A stretch of DNA of 63,846 bases, filler included, from Collodictyon triciliatum (Eukaryota), in the NCBI GenBank assembly GCA_043381765.1. It is 6 parts of 6 records of this genome, joined end to end, with 100 filler letters (N's around TTAATTAATTAA, not from the genome) between each part and the next. Parts side by side here need not be neighbours in the genome. Positions count along the whole stretch, not along the records: positions 21,777 to 39,953 come from JBHJMP010002564.1; positions 40,054 to 50,826 come from JBHJMP010002567.1; positions 50,927 to 61,699 come from JBHJMP010002568.1; 3 more parts are not named here. One strand, given 5' to 3'. Below are positions 39,266 to 51,084 of this stretch, piece by piece. The notes below the pieces were generated by a model. That model saw only the letters and a list, made by a program, of their open reading frames with translations. It did not search any database and was not told where the DNA came from. Position 1 is the stretch's first letter; every line of letters starts with the position of its first letter. Made by a program: the position numbers and the translations under genes.

Positions 39266-39599
39266 GCCAACATACTTCAGTCAAGCCGATGGTGCTTTCC
39301 CTTTTTTCTTTTCTTTTTTTCTACTCAACCCCGTTCATTCACACACACACACTCTCTCTCTCTCTCCTTCATTATTTCAAAGTCCTTCGCGCACACAGCT
39401 CGCTTGCTGGCTGCGACAATCCGGCGGCTGCAAGCGAGCTTCCCATCTTTCGCTTCGCTTATCAACCTTTCTCTCTTCCCCTGCTCAGGCAACATTTTCA
39501 GTTGCCTCGATCCCTGGGTCGGAAGGAGCACAACTTCAGAATAAAGGGGCACCATATGAGAAAAAAGATGTCAGCCACGATGAGAAGTCGTCGCACTGT

Positions 39600-39760
39600 C
39601 ATTCGTTTGTATGTTGTTTAATAGAAGGGGTATGCCATCTTTCGATTGGTAAACCTGGTGCGCTAGTATCCAAGGTCTCTCCACTTTTTTCAAAAAGATT
39701 GTGTAGTGTTGAATGCCGCCAGGAAAGACCCAACAGCCTGATTTTTTAAAGAGAGGTGTA
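39600..39760 (-). ncRNA. Candidate Fanzor omega-RNA scaffold plus flanking guide
   Basis: Overlaps the ORF 3' end. Nested inverted repeats, a GAAA-tetraloop hairpin (39633-39651) and potential pseudoknot pairings. Inferred, not demonstrated. Confidence 0.5.
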
Positions 39761-39953
39761 TTTGTTTTTTTTGGGTTGGGGTTAAAAGAACTTTGTTGAG
39801 TATATTTATGGCGCTGTTAAAGTCCCTTGTCAAGAATACAGTTTGTTTGCTCTCTAAGCGATTGCATTCTTGACATATGAGACATATATACAACTTTTTT
39901 GAATTTTCTTTCAGTGTTACATATTCCAGTTCTTTTTCGCAGTTGTAGCACAT
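39620..39953 (-). mobile_element. 3' end of a Fanzor/TnpB-family element (zinc ribbon + RuvC-III), truncated by the scaffold end
   Basis: ORF 39690-39953: CYNC-x22-CQEC then TVFLTRDFNSAINIL, the CxxC..CxxC..RDxNxAxNI signature. Intronless and AT-rich; right boundary inferred. Confidence 0.85.
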
Positions 39954-40053
39954 NNNNNNNNNNNNNNNNNNNNNNNNNNNNNNNNNNNNNNNNNNNNTTA
40001 ATTAATTAANNNNNNNNNNNNNNNNNNNNNNNNNNNNNNNNNNNNNNNNNNNN
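39954..40053. other. Artificial scaffold spacer
   Basis: Same 100-nt spacer. Confidence 0.97.
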
Positions 40054-40202
40054 TTTTGTTGTCTTTTTGTTGTCTTTTTGTTGTCTTTTTGTTGTCTTTT
40101 TGTTGTCTTTTTGTTGTCTTTTTGTTGTCTTTTTGTTGTCTTTTTGTTGTCTTTTATCCTCTCGGCAAGGGAAATATAAAATGAAATGAAAAATGTAAAT
40201 AC

Positions 40203-41948
40203 TTACTGTCTCACTGTTGAAACTAATACGTAGGTGCATCCTATACTTACTGCCACAGCAACTAATGTAAAGATGATAGGACTTGGATCTGCTCCATACA
40301 CTTTATTGAATGTCTAGATTGAGATACAATTATGTTCAAATGAGACTGGTTAGTTATCAAATATATTTTTGAATCCTTCATGAACACAACGTTTTAATTC
40401 TTTTCATATTTTATTCACCTGTCCAGCCAAAAGCCAGCACCCGATAACAAACGGAGAAGAGACAGAACACCAAAGTATTTTCGCCTCATCGAGGTAGGTA
40501 ATTGATGGGTACATTAAAAGCCGGTAAGACTCCTACAAAATAATGAGAGTCAACATAATTATATTCAAGTTGTCTGGTGGTGCATAAGATTTGGTCTCTC
40601 ATAATAAAACCAGAGAGAAGGGAAACCCCATAAACTTTATCAGATATACCTGTAACTTGTACTTGTTAAAATACAAGTCGGTATACAATATGACAGGCGG
40701 CAACCAATGTATAAAAACAACGATAATCCACGAAAACTCAAGGGGCGTTTGTGTTGTCGAAGACAAAGACGAGACCATGTTTCCGTTATAAAAACTCATC
40801 ATGGTGATTGATAGTGAAAAAATCACAAAAGATCCGTTGAATGCTATGCAATGAAACAGAACTACCAAAGGGCTGTAAAGTTTTTGGCTTAAAGCTATAT
40901 CAAAATAGAATATATAAGACATCCAAAACCAAACAGCCAGATCTTCAACTATAACAGGAAACTCCCATATAGTGATCAGGAGGAATAAAAGCAATGCAAA
41001 ATAAATGATTCTTCTTAGCGATAGACGGTAAAATAAGTGAAGAAATACGTTTGAGCTGTCATAGATTGGGATTATGTTCCACAAGTATGCTTTTGTGCGG
41101 TGGTCATCATGCCCATCTCGGGAAATGTCTTTTACTACTAACGAATTATCAGATATTGATGCATATCTCCCCCAAGTTTGAAGACTTCTATCATGGCTCA
41201 ATATTGGTTGGATTAAGGAGGAGTCTTCCTCATCTTCACTGCGGTTTCCAATCAAACTCGCCTCAGAGACCTCCTGCCAACCAAGGACACTTCTCAGGCA
41301 GAAAACTATACCAATTCCGGAAAAGAAACAAAGAAACACACAGAGAAATATGACCAAGGAAAGTGGGTGTGACGAACCATAGAGCCTCTCCTCGTCGGTA
41401 GACTCTTTCCAAATGACCATGATAACTGGAGACGAAACGGTTGCCCAGAGTACTGCACTCAACAAACCCCAATGGTCATCGGGCCCTCGTATGCGATAGC
41501 AGTTTGCAAGGAAGCGCCTGTTCAGATACAGGTCCGAGATGAAAATGATTGGCGGCAACCAATGTATGGCAACAAGCAGCAAAGCCCCAAATCTTTCCCT
41601 TATGTCTACCTCCCTCGAGTAATTTTCTACAAACTCGTCCCATCCACTCTCAAAGCAGCAGATAATCGAGTGGAAGAACACCATCATGGCTCCTGAAAAT
41701 GTCACACCGTGCAAGACAAAGGTTATTGGCGCGTCTCGCTTTGCTGTGATATCGATGTCAAAATAAAGCGTGTCCATGAACCAGTACCAGACCGCCACAT
41801 CCTCGAGGAGCTCATTTTTTTGTGATGTGACTGCAGTAAATGATATCAGATAGATATAAAAACACAACTTCCTCAGGTACACAAGGTTGAAGTGTGGACG
41901 GGTTTCAATGTAGTGGAATATCGCCTTTACTATTTGCCTCCATCCCAT
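40203..41948 (-). CDS. Internally duplicated multi-TM protein, FAR-17a/AIG1-like
   Basis: Two copies of ED[VL]AVW.W....YFDI...H...F.G...IHWLPP....DLY.N...LW..VSSP...YG. The second copy is completed by exons at about 40419-40532 and 40203-40313. Confidence 0.7.
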
Positions 41949-42126
41949 TCTTGGGCCTTACTACCTGTCGAAAAAAAAAATATATGCTCATTTATTGGAC
42001 GTGCTGTTTGTCGCAGTAAATGTCTCATTTTGCTAGAGTGGGGTACCATCCGTGATTATTACTCGACATCTCAACTTCTAAGAATTGAAAGGCCAAAGAA
42101 AGAAAGAAAATACCCAGCCCTTAATC

Positions 42127-42232
42127 TGAAAATGAAAATGAAAATGAAAATGAAAATGAAAATGAAAATGAAAATGAAAATGAAAATGAAAATGAAAATG
42201 AAAATGAAAATGAAAATGAAAATGAAAATGAA
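42127..42232. repeat. (TGAAAA)n microsatellite
   Basis: Directly visible. Confidence 0.95.
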
Positions 42233-42751
42233 ACGAAGGAAAAAAGACTTGAAGCTCATGTGCTCAGAAGCGGTCACCAACTAGCAACAAGCATCCGAAC
42301 CAGCTGGGCACCACCAACAAAGGGCGAGTGTCCTGGGGCGCAAGGAAGTTTCTTGTGCGGCTGATCTCAAGCTGCACGAAGAAAAAAGTGAAATTGGGAG
42401 GAGTTGAAGCGTACTCGACTAATTGTGGAAAGTATAATATTATTAAGTTTATGTCTTATATCTATTTTAATACATAAACATTACCAATTATAGTATATGA
42501 TAATATACTAGAAAACATGATAAATTCATTTTTTAATTCATACGTTACCATATGTTTTTGTAACCACGCATAACTGAGAAAGGGAAAAAGATTGCCCTCT
42601 CACATGCCACCAACAACAAATAAGATTGAAAACACACCTATTTTAGGAATTTTTCAAACAAACACAATAAATCCATAAATAGAAATGATCGAAAATGAAT
42701 ACATCGGTTTATATATTAAAATCGCTCTTCTGCAAAGTTATCGAGTAATAG

Positions 42752-43147
<396 letters not shown>

Positions 43148-43548
43148 CGGCCCCCCGAAAACCCCAACAACAATCCACCTTCTCCATACGATCTCGTGTC
43201 TCCTCTATGTAACTTCCCTTCACCACACCACCAATTTGCTTTCTCAACCTGAATGCGTATAGTCTCCCCTTCAATAAACAACGACCCACACAAACTACCG
43301 AGCGTGCATTGTGACCAGACAAAGGAGCCTTAGAAACACACCACGCAACCCATGAACAAAGCGCAGAACACACGACGCAGCACGTTCAAGAGTATCTGAC
43401 CCCCCACAGATTCCGGTGGACTAAGCCCTACCAAAACTGAGATACCCACCACACTTCCTGGGTGATACCAGTCGTTTGGGCTGGCTGTGCGGTCTTGTCG
43501 TCGAGGATCTAAACACCACCATATCACCCACTGTCATATAAAAGGCAG

Positions 43549-46500
43549 ATGCGGGAGACCAGAGGACGAGAGACTACAGGAAATGAGCCTTCGAATGGGA
43601 ACGTCTCCATGAACTTAATACCTATTCACAACGAAGGCCCCCAGCCGTACGTTCCGCTTTTCTTTTTTACATCCCAGCCTTTTCAACTGGGTCGACGTGA
43701 TCTTGTATGGTTGTGGCCAGTTAGTCTCTTTAACCCCTGCCATTGCTCAACTCTGTCTTCTTTGGTCGAAATCAACCCGGTCTGATGAAATACGATCACT
43801 CGGGCGCAGCATCGAGAACGAAGAGGACTTACAAAAGGAGAGGTTTGTTCATATCACCCCAACTTGCTCTCCTCAAACAATCACGACTGTGACGTTTAGC
43901 ATAGCCCCCCAGTAGTTCATTCCATCCGAACCTCTGTTATGGAAAGAATATATTCCACATGATAGCAAGGGATGCATAAATGTTGGGATAATGTGATTCT
44001 TGTTGTACTTATAATTGGTCTGTAAACGTTTTCGTTAACTCGTAGTCATTCATGGAGCTCAAAAAAGATGTGGCACCTATGGAGTGGGAAAGGCTCGGTA
44101 AATGAAAGGATGTACTTCCGACTGATTCTATTGCTTACTTTTTCTGCGCTGGGATTTCTTTTGATGGTGGCAACAGTACGTCAACATTTCCTTCATATCA
44201 TGAGTCTCTGTCGTAATGATTATATGCTATTCTATTTTTCAGAACCTTACTCTTAATGAAACCAGAGTCATAAAACATCCATTTTAATATGGCCCGCTTA
44301 TATTCTCTGTATTGTTTTCCTTTGTCAATTATGTCAGTTACATATAATTTATCATAACAATAGAATGAGGAGTTGATATCGAATGGTGGCCAAACCACTA
44401 CAAAACGAACCCTATTGAAATTCATTTTGACCCTGACAACTTTTATTGCAGGTTATTCATTACCAATTTTTTCTTTCGTTTTCTTTTGTGAGCTTATTCT
44501 CCTTTATTCGATTCAAAGTTCAAGAAGTTCAGTTTATTTCGTGTTAGTTAAGAAAAGCGAGCCACTCAATAGAATATAACCTGTACAAATATTACAAACT
44601 GCGGATCGAAAAGTTTATTGTCATTGACCCTGACATGACAGGTTTAGTTTTGAATTACTCGTATATTGTGTAACAGCAAATAGTGTGTTTTGTGTGCTTA
44701 CATGTGTTTTTGTGTGTATGAGAAGGGTTCATTTTATTAAATGGTTAGTAAACATTCCTCCTCTAAACCCAGATATACAAATTCCTTGGAGTTTCAAGGG
44801 CAATTACTTGTTAGAATCATTGATAATAGGAATCCAGCCCGTACCGTTTATGGATGGTAAAATCGCTGTAAACGGAGGTGACTTTGATTCCCTTTATAAA
44901 AAAAAGAGGCAATTTTAGTGAAATAAGATTTCAGAGTCATTGTATCATGCTCTGTTTCGAAAAAAGGGTACTCTGTTTACTGTCGTATTTAAATTAGTCA
45001 GAGGGGGTGAGGTAATGTATGATTGGGATAAAATCCTTGGGGTTGTGATGATACTTCGGTTGTACTTGATATGTAAGTATGAAAGAGATTTGTCCTACTT
45101 GCTATAAACGTTCTTTCTGCCGTAAAACTCTGAACCTTATTATATAATCCAGATAGAATGTTCAAGTATGTACTGGGATATCACATGAGAAAAGCCAAAG
45201 TATTAGGAAGCCTAAATAAAGTGCCAATCACGTCGTCCTTTTCGTTCAAGTCTTTCTTGCATATGAACCCTTATCAATTCTTGTTGACGGTAGATTGTTC
45301 TCTGTATTTGCACACAATCATATTGATATCAAAATGGTATTTTTAAATGCTGAGGTGGATAGATGCATTTCTCCCCATTCTATATGCTTTTCTTAACATA
45401 AAAGTAAATTTAAACCTAGGCGCTTCTCCTTAACATTCTCGTTGTTGGGTATGGCGTGAGGTTGTGTGAATATAATCTCCCAGAAACCCCTCACAAATAC
45501 TATTCCGAAACAATATGGTACATGTTCATTACCATATCAACAATCGGATATGGGGATATTACAGTCAACACTTACTGCGCCCGAAGCATGGCTGTTTTAG
45601 GTTTTTATTTTTAAAAGAAAGCTTAAGTTGCTTATAATTGTGTTTTTTCATGAATCGAATAAAGGAATTTTTTTTCCCTCTCAAAGAAACATGGCCAGGC
45701 AAGTAGTTTAAACATCCCGCCATTTAACACTTCAATACATGAGGTCACAAAATTTACTTTAACGCAGGAGGAAGCTGGGGTGTACTCCTGACAGCTCTTT
45801 TGATCAATGTTATCGATAGAACGTTGCTTCTGACATACCCCCAAACTAGGGTGGTGAATTTAATTGGCAAGGTTTGGGAGCTAAACTCAAAAAATTATCG
45901 CTTTACGACCCATAGAGGGGATATCTCAGTTCAATACAGGGTTTATACCCCAAAAGGCAGTTCTACCGATTATAACACATGCTTTTTATATTTGTTTCTC
46001 GTCATTATTATTTGTTTAGAACAAACGAAGGGAGACTTTGAAAATTAAGTCTATCGTATTGATTCAAAGATTATGGAGATATCGCAAAACACAAGGAACA
46101 GGGTTAATCACTCAGATGAAGGTGATTTGGTGTTACTGGGTTCTAGATGTTTATTTATTTATTACCTCATGCTATTGCCGTTTTTATTATCATCATTCCC
46201 TTTAACTTGTATGATGTGAGTGAGATTGGGATTTGCTTGCTAGCTTTCGCTTGCGAGGTCCACATGATATACATATTAAGATGTGAAATGCTAAGTAAAA
46301 TCTTTCTATGTGGAAGCAGCTCATAAGTGCTATATATGACTGGAAGTCAGCCCACCAAAACTACAAAAGATTCCGTCAGATATCTGAGATAACACAAGTA
46401 CGCCAGCCGAATAATTTTTTTTATCTAACTGACGATGTTCTGTGTTAAGGGAGGGTATATGGCCTCGCTGCTGAAGATTAAAAACGTGTGATACCTAACA

Positions 46501-46963
46501 TATATTCCTGTGTACCTATTATGCAACGGTTTCATTCAAACTCTGGAATTTTGTCTGGGTTATAAAAACTTTCGGGTAAGTGAATAATCATAGTCTTGTA
46601 ATCTTGCTCAGGTAGACCCAACAACAGAGCAGCTCTTTTCTGAAATCCAGGCCTTGAATGAAGATATATACCGCATCCAAGGAAAGCTACAGAGGGTAAG
46701 GAGAGGGATGTGTGGGCGAATGTGCACGAATGAACGAATGAACGAATGAACGAATGAACGAATGAACGAATGAACGAATGAACGAATGAACGAATGAACG
46801 AATGAACGTGAAAAAGTGAATGGGTGAGTATCGGGTGGAACAGGGTGCTCATAACTCAGTTCGACATAGGTGGAATCGTACACGAGGAAGTACTGCAAAC
46901 CGGATACCACGACGACTTCAAGCTCAGCAATCTATTCGGACTACATCTGTCGCTTTGAGGTAG
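43549..46963 (+). CDS. SK/KCNN-like small-conductance Ca2+-activated K+ channel, multi-exon
   Basis: S2 LLKFILTLTT; S3 LLESLIIGIQPVP; S4 VMILRLYLI; linker KVLGSLNKV...FKSFLHMNP; pore WYMFITISTIGYGDITVNTYCAR (about 45520-45590); S6 GVLLTALLINV; proximal C-terminal helix LIQRLWRYRK; coiled coil. Confidence 0.88.
46727..46808. repeat. (CGAATGAA)n intronic repeat
   Basis: Last intron of the SK channel gene. Confidence 0.95.
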
Positions 46964-47171
46964 CATCCGATCTGGAAGAATGTGTCACCCATCTACACGA
47001 CACATATTCTGGGGGGCTATCGAAGCAGAAATCTGACTGACTAGGGAACCCAGAAAATGTGCAAATTCTAGGTCCTCGATGAAGGAGTCTCCCTCTATAG
47101 CTATATTAAAAAGACAATAGTCCATGATTCCTTTGTTCCTGCGAGTGACAGGTCTTTGATTTTATTCTCCT

Positions 47172-50144
47172 TTATTGGCGGTAGCTAGCGTATTCGTCGC
47201 GAACAAACTTAGCGATGGTTTGAAGCTGCATGTTGACGGTTCCTTCGTAGATGGCACCAATCTTCGAGTCTCTATTTACACATAATAGACACAATAAGGC
47301 GATGAAAACGTAGACATGAACGATTACAAGTATTTGTTGGCATTAATCCTCCCATGTAGGTCTCAACCTGACATGAATTCAACAGAAGCTTTGATGATTT
47401 ACCTGTAGAACTTCTCTGCGGGATAGTCCTTTGTGAATCCAACACCACCCATCCATTCAATACCTTGAGATGATATCTGTCCAGCAACTTGCCCAGCATA
47501 GAGTTTGGCCATGGAAGCCTCCTTAATGAAGGGAAGTCCAGCATCACAGAGACTTTATAGTGTTTATATAATTGATGTTTGGAGTTAGTAGAATTTAAAG
47601 CCATAAGTTCCTTCCACTATTGACGAGCTAGAAATTACTCATGCCTATTGTATTGCTTCTAATAATGTGTTTTCTATTTCTTCTCGGGGGAGAAAGAAAG
47701 TGTGATTTTCTTATGCCGGTTATACCCAAATGCAAGAAAGATTGCTTGGTGTTGATGAATCAGATTTGTATACGAACCGGGCAGCGTTATACACCATCAA
47801 GCGAGCAGCCATCAGGTTGGTTGCGGCTTGAGCATATTGGAACTCCATACCCTAACCCAACAAGTGCAAGTTAAGCGGAAATTCGCCCAGGAGAACGACG
47901 GTAATTGGACAAGGTAGCAGTCAAACAGGGGTGGACAGTCTATTTGTCTTATCCTCCAAATATGTAAGTATCAAACGAAAAGATCAAATGCTACTTGGAA
48001 ATCGCTGATGACTTTTCCGAATTGCTTGCGTTGTTGCATATACGCGACAGATACGTCGAATGCACCCTGCGGAAATCCGAATATACAAGTTAAGATACAC
48101 CGAAATCATGTCATATGAGGTGGATGCAGCCAGATATGAATAAACTTATTGTGCGCAGATATGGTTTGAGAAATAAGAACCTGAGCAAGACCAAGCATCT
48201 GGGCACCGATGCCGATGCGACCTTCGTTCAAAAGCTCGATAGCGTATTTGTAGCCCTTACCAACCTCACCCAGAACCTGGGACTCGGGAATCTAGAGACG
48301 GGTATATATTAGAGAAGTAACCAAATAAGTCAATATATGAGCAGAGCCCGTTCAAATAAAATGAGTTTCAAAAAGGGGATGTAGGTGACATCATTATATA
48401 CCTTCACATCAGTGAGGGACAGCTCGCAAGTCGACGAAGCGCGGATACCCAGCTAAAGAATATTGGGGAGATTGTGATTTCGGACATTTTATTGTCACGA
48501 TTATAAAGTGGACACTACCTTGTTTTCCTTTTTGGCTACTTTGAAGCCTGGAGTGTCTCGATCAACCAGGAAAGCGGTAATCCCTTTGTACCCTTTCGTG
48601 AAGTCAGCATTGGCAAAAATCTATTTATTCCGTGGATTGGAGGGCTTAGTTAGTCAATGCATTATGGGCAAAACTGGATTCACCAAGCCTTGTTCAGGTC
48701 ATGAAATGATGCGACGTGTTGCGTACGATGAAGACGGAGGCTTCGCCAGCGTTTGTAATCCACATCTTGCTTCCATTAAGCACATAATAGTCACCTTTCT
48801 TATCCTATATTGCAACATAATAGAGGAATTGACCAGAGAAGTACAGAAATTCATGTTGCAAAAAACCAAAAAAAGAAAAGAACAAATAACACGTTTAGGG
48901 ATTATGAATGGGGAGAAAATGCCAGTAGACTCACAGCCCTGGTCTTGAGGGCGAATGCATCACTCCCACTCCCAGCCTCGGACAGACCAAAGCTAGCAAC
49001 CTTGTGTTCATTTAAAGCGAGAATTTAGGACAAATGTGCGATATGGACATCAAAATACATTAATGTAAATGCAAAACCTTCTTGGTGCATAGATCAGGGA
49101 GGTATTTTTGACGAAGAGCCTCGCTGGCCCACTTCTTGAAGCTCTTATTGACAAGAGTATTCTGTAGATGGTTTCGTGAGTACAGAGAAAGGTATAGAAA
49201 GGTTTATAATAAGAAAAAATAAGAAAAAATAAGAAAAAATAAGAAAAAATAAGAAAAAATAAGAAAAAAGAAGAAAAAGAAGAAAAAGAAGAAAAAAGAA
49301 GAAAAAAGAAGGAAAAAGAAGGAAAAAGAAGAAAAAAAAGAAGAAGAAAAGCATATATCCGTCCTAAGAAGACCTGGACGTCCACAAAGACTGAGACAGA
49401 AGGGTCAACACGAGCAAGCTCCTCGATGACAATGCAAGCGGAGGTGAGGCTCAGTCCCAACCCCCCGTATTGGGGATCAACTTCAACACCCATGTAACCT
49501 ACGGGTTAAAAAGGCATGAGGGATCGGCGGCAGGCAGCAGAGGGACTCAGAAGGGGCAGGGAACACTGCGGGGCAACCTTGCTCGAAGCAGGCCTTCACA
49601 ATATCGGGGTCGAGCTGGCTCTTCTCGTCCATGGCCATGACCTTGGGGCCGATCTACAGTTGGGTCGGGGAGTGAGTGGGAGGGTGGCGTGGAGAGGCCT
49701 CCTTGCAGCGCGTGGCCGCACAGGCACAAACCTTCTCGCGGGCAAAGCGGGCGACACTCTCGCGCAGCACCTGCTCGTCTTCGCTGAAGACTGTCAAGGG
49801 CGACACCTGGGCGAGTTGGGTTGGGTTTGCTTGTTTACTTGTTTGCTTGTTTGTTTGTTTGTTTGTTTGTTTGTTTGTTTGTTTGTTTGTTTGCTTGTTT
49901 GTTTGTTTGCTTGCTTGTTTGTTGCGCTCGCTCAGCGGTCTGTGTCAAAGAGCAGAACTACCTGAGCGGCAGGCGACGTGGCAATGGCACGAGCTCCAGC
50001 AAGCGCGACGGCGGATCTGGGGCGCGGGATGAAGTGTGTCAGGGTGTGTTTGTATATGAGGTATGTGGGGTATATGTGGGATATGAGGTAGGGCTCTGGT
50101 CAGGATATGTGGTACCTGGCAAGGCTGCGTGTGAGGCTGAGCAT
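47172..50144 (-). CDS. ACADSB: Short/branched-chain acyl-CoA dehydrogenase, mitochondrial
   Basis: Presequence [10 protein letters not shown]...; [85 protein letters not shown]. Confidence 0.92.
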
Positions 50145-50260
50145 GGCGGGCGTCCTTCTGAGGGCAGAGTCTTCTGGATGGGTTTTTGTTTTTGTTTTCT
50201 TTTTGCCTCGCTCTGTTTTCGTAGGCGTGGTTTGTTTTGAGGGCGCGAAAGCCAAGAACC

Positions 50261-50690
50261 ATGCTGCCTCGCAACTCCATCCGGCCCTGGAAGAGGCATC
50301 TCTGTGCGCGCCGTCTCGTGCGTTGTGTTTGCTTCGTGGTGGCTGACGCAGCCGGTGACATCACGCTCTTTCCTAATGCGGAATATATTTTCTCCAGCGC
50401 AGATCCGCACAAACCAGAGCACAAAGCGACGCCAAAACCCATCCAAACACACAGCCAAAGCTGCTGGGAAATGGAGAAGCACACAACGCTGGGACGGTGG
50501 GAGCCCCAGTGGCTGCAAAAGGCGTGTCCAGTCGGCCTCGGCTGGTCAGAGTTGACGGCCACACCCGCAGACTTTTGCCGAGCCACCGGCTTCAGCAGAG
50601 ACTATCTCCTCCACGCGCCACTCCGCCAGCTGCGGCACAGCCTGTTTATCCAGCTCGCCCACGCCGCCTCTCTCAAAGACTCATTTTCGC
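50261..50690 (+). CDS. Possible first exon of an unknown gene, truncated by the scaffold end
   Basis: GC-rich open frame ending at a GTAAGA donor (50691), divergent from ACADSB. No family recognised. Confidence 0.35.
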
Positions 50691-50826
50691 GTAAGATAAT
50701 CTACCTCCTACGGCGACATGCATCACCTATATCCTTATCCACAAAAAACAGAAAAAAACAGAAAAAAAAACAGAAAAAAAAAAAAGAAAAAAAACAAAAA
50801 AAAAAAAAAAAAAAAAAAGAAAAAAA

Positions 50827-50926
50827 NNNNNNNNNNNNNNNNNNNNNNNNNNNNNNNNNNNNNNNNNNNNTTAATTAATTAANNNNNNNNNNNNNNNNNN
50901 NNNNNNNNNNNNNNNNNNNNNNNNNN
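50827..50926. other. Artificial scaffold spacer
   Basis: Same 100-nt spacer. Confidence 0.97.
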
Positions 50927-51084
50927 TTTGTTTTGTTTTGTTTTGTTTTGTTTTGTTTTGTTTTGTTTTGTTTTGTTTTGTTTTGTTTTGTTTTGTTTTG
51001 TTTTGTTTTGTTTTGTTTTGTTTTATTTCGTTTTGTTTTTTTACTGAGCATCAAAACTAGAAAATTTGTATTCAAATTGGCCAC

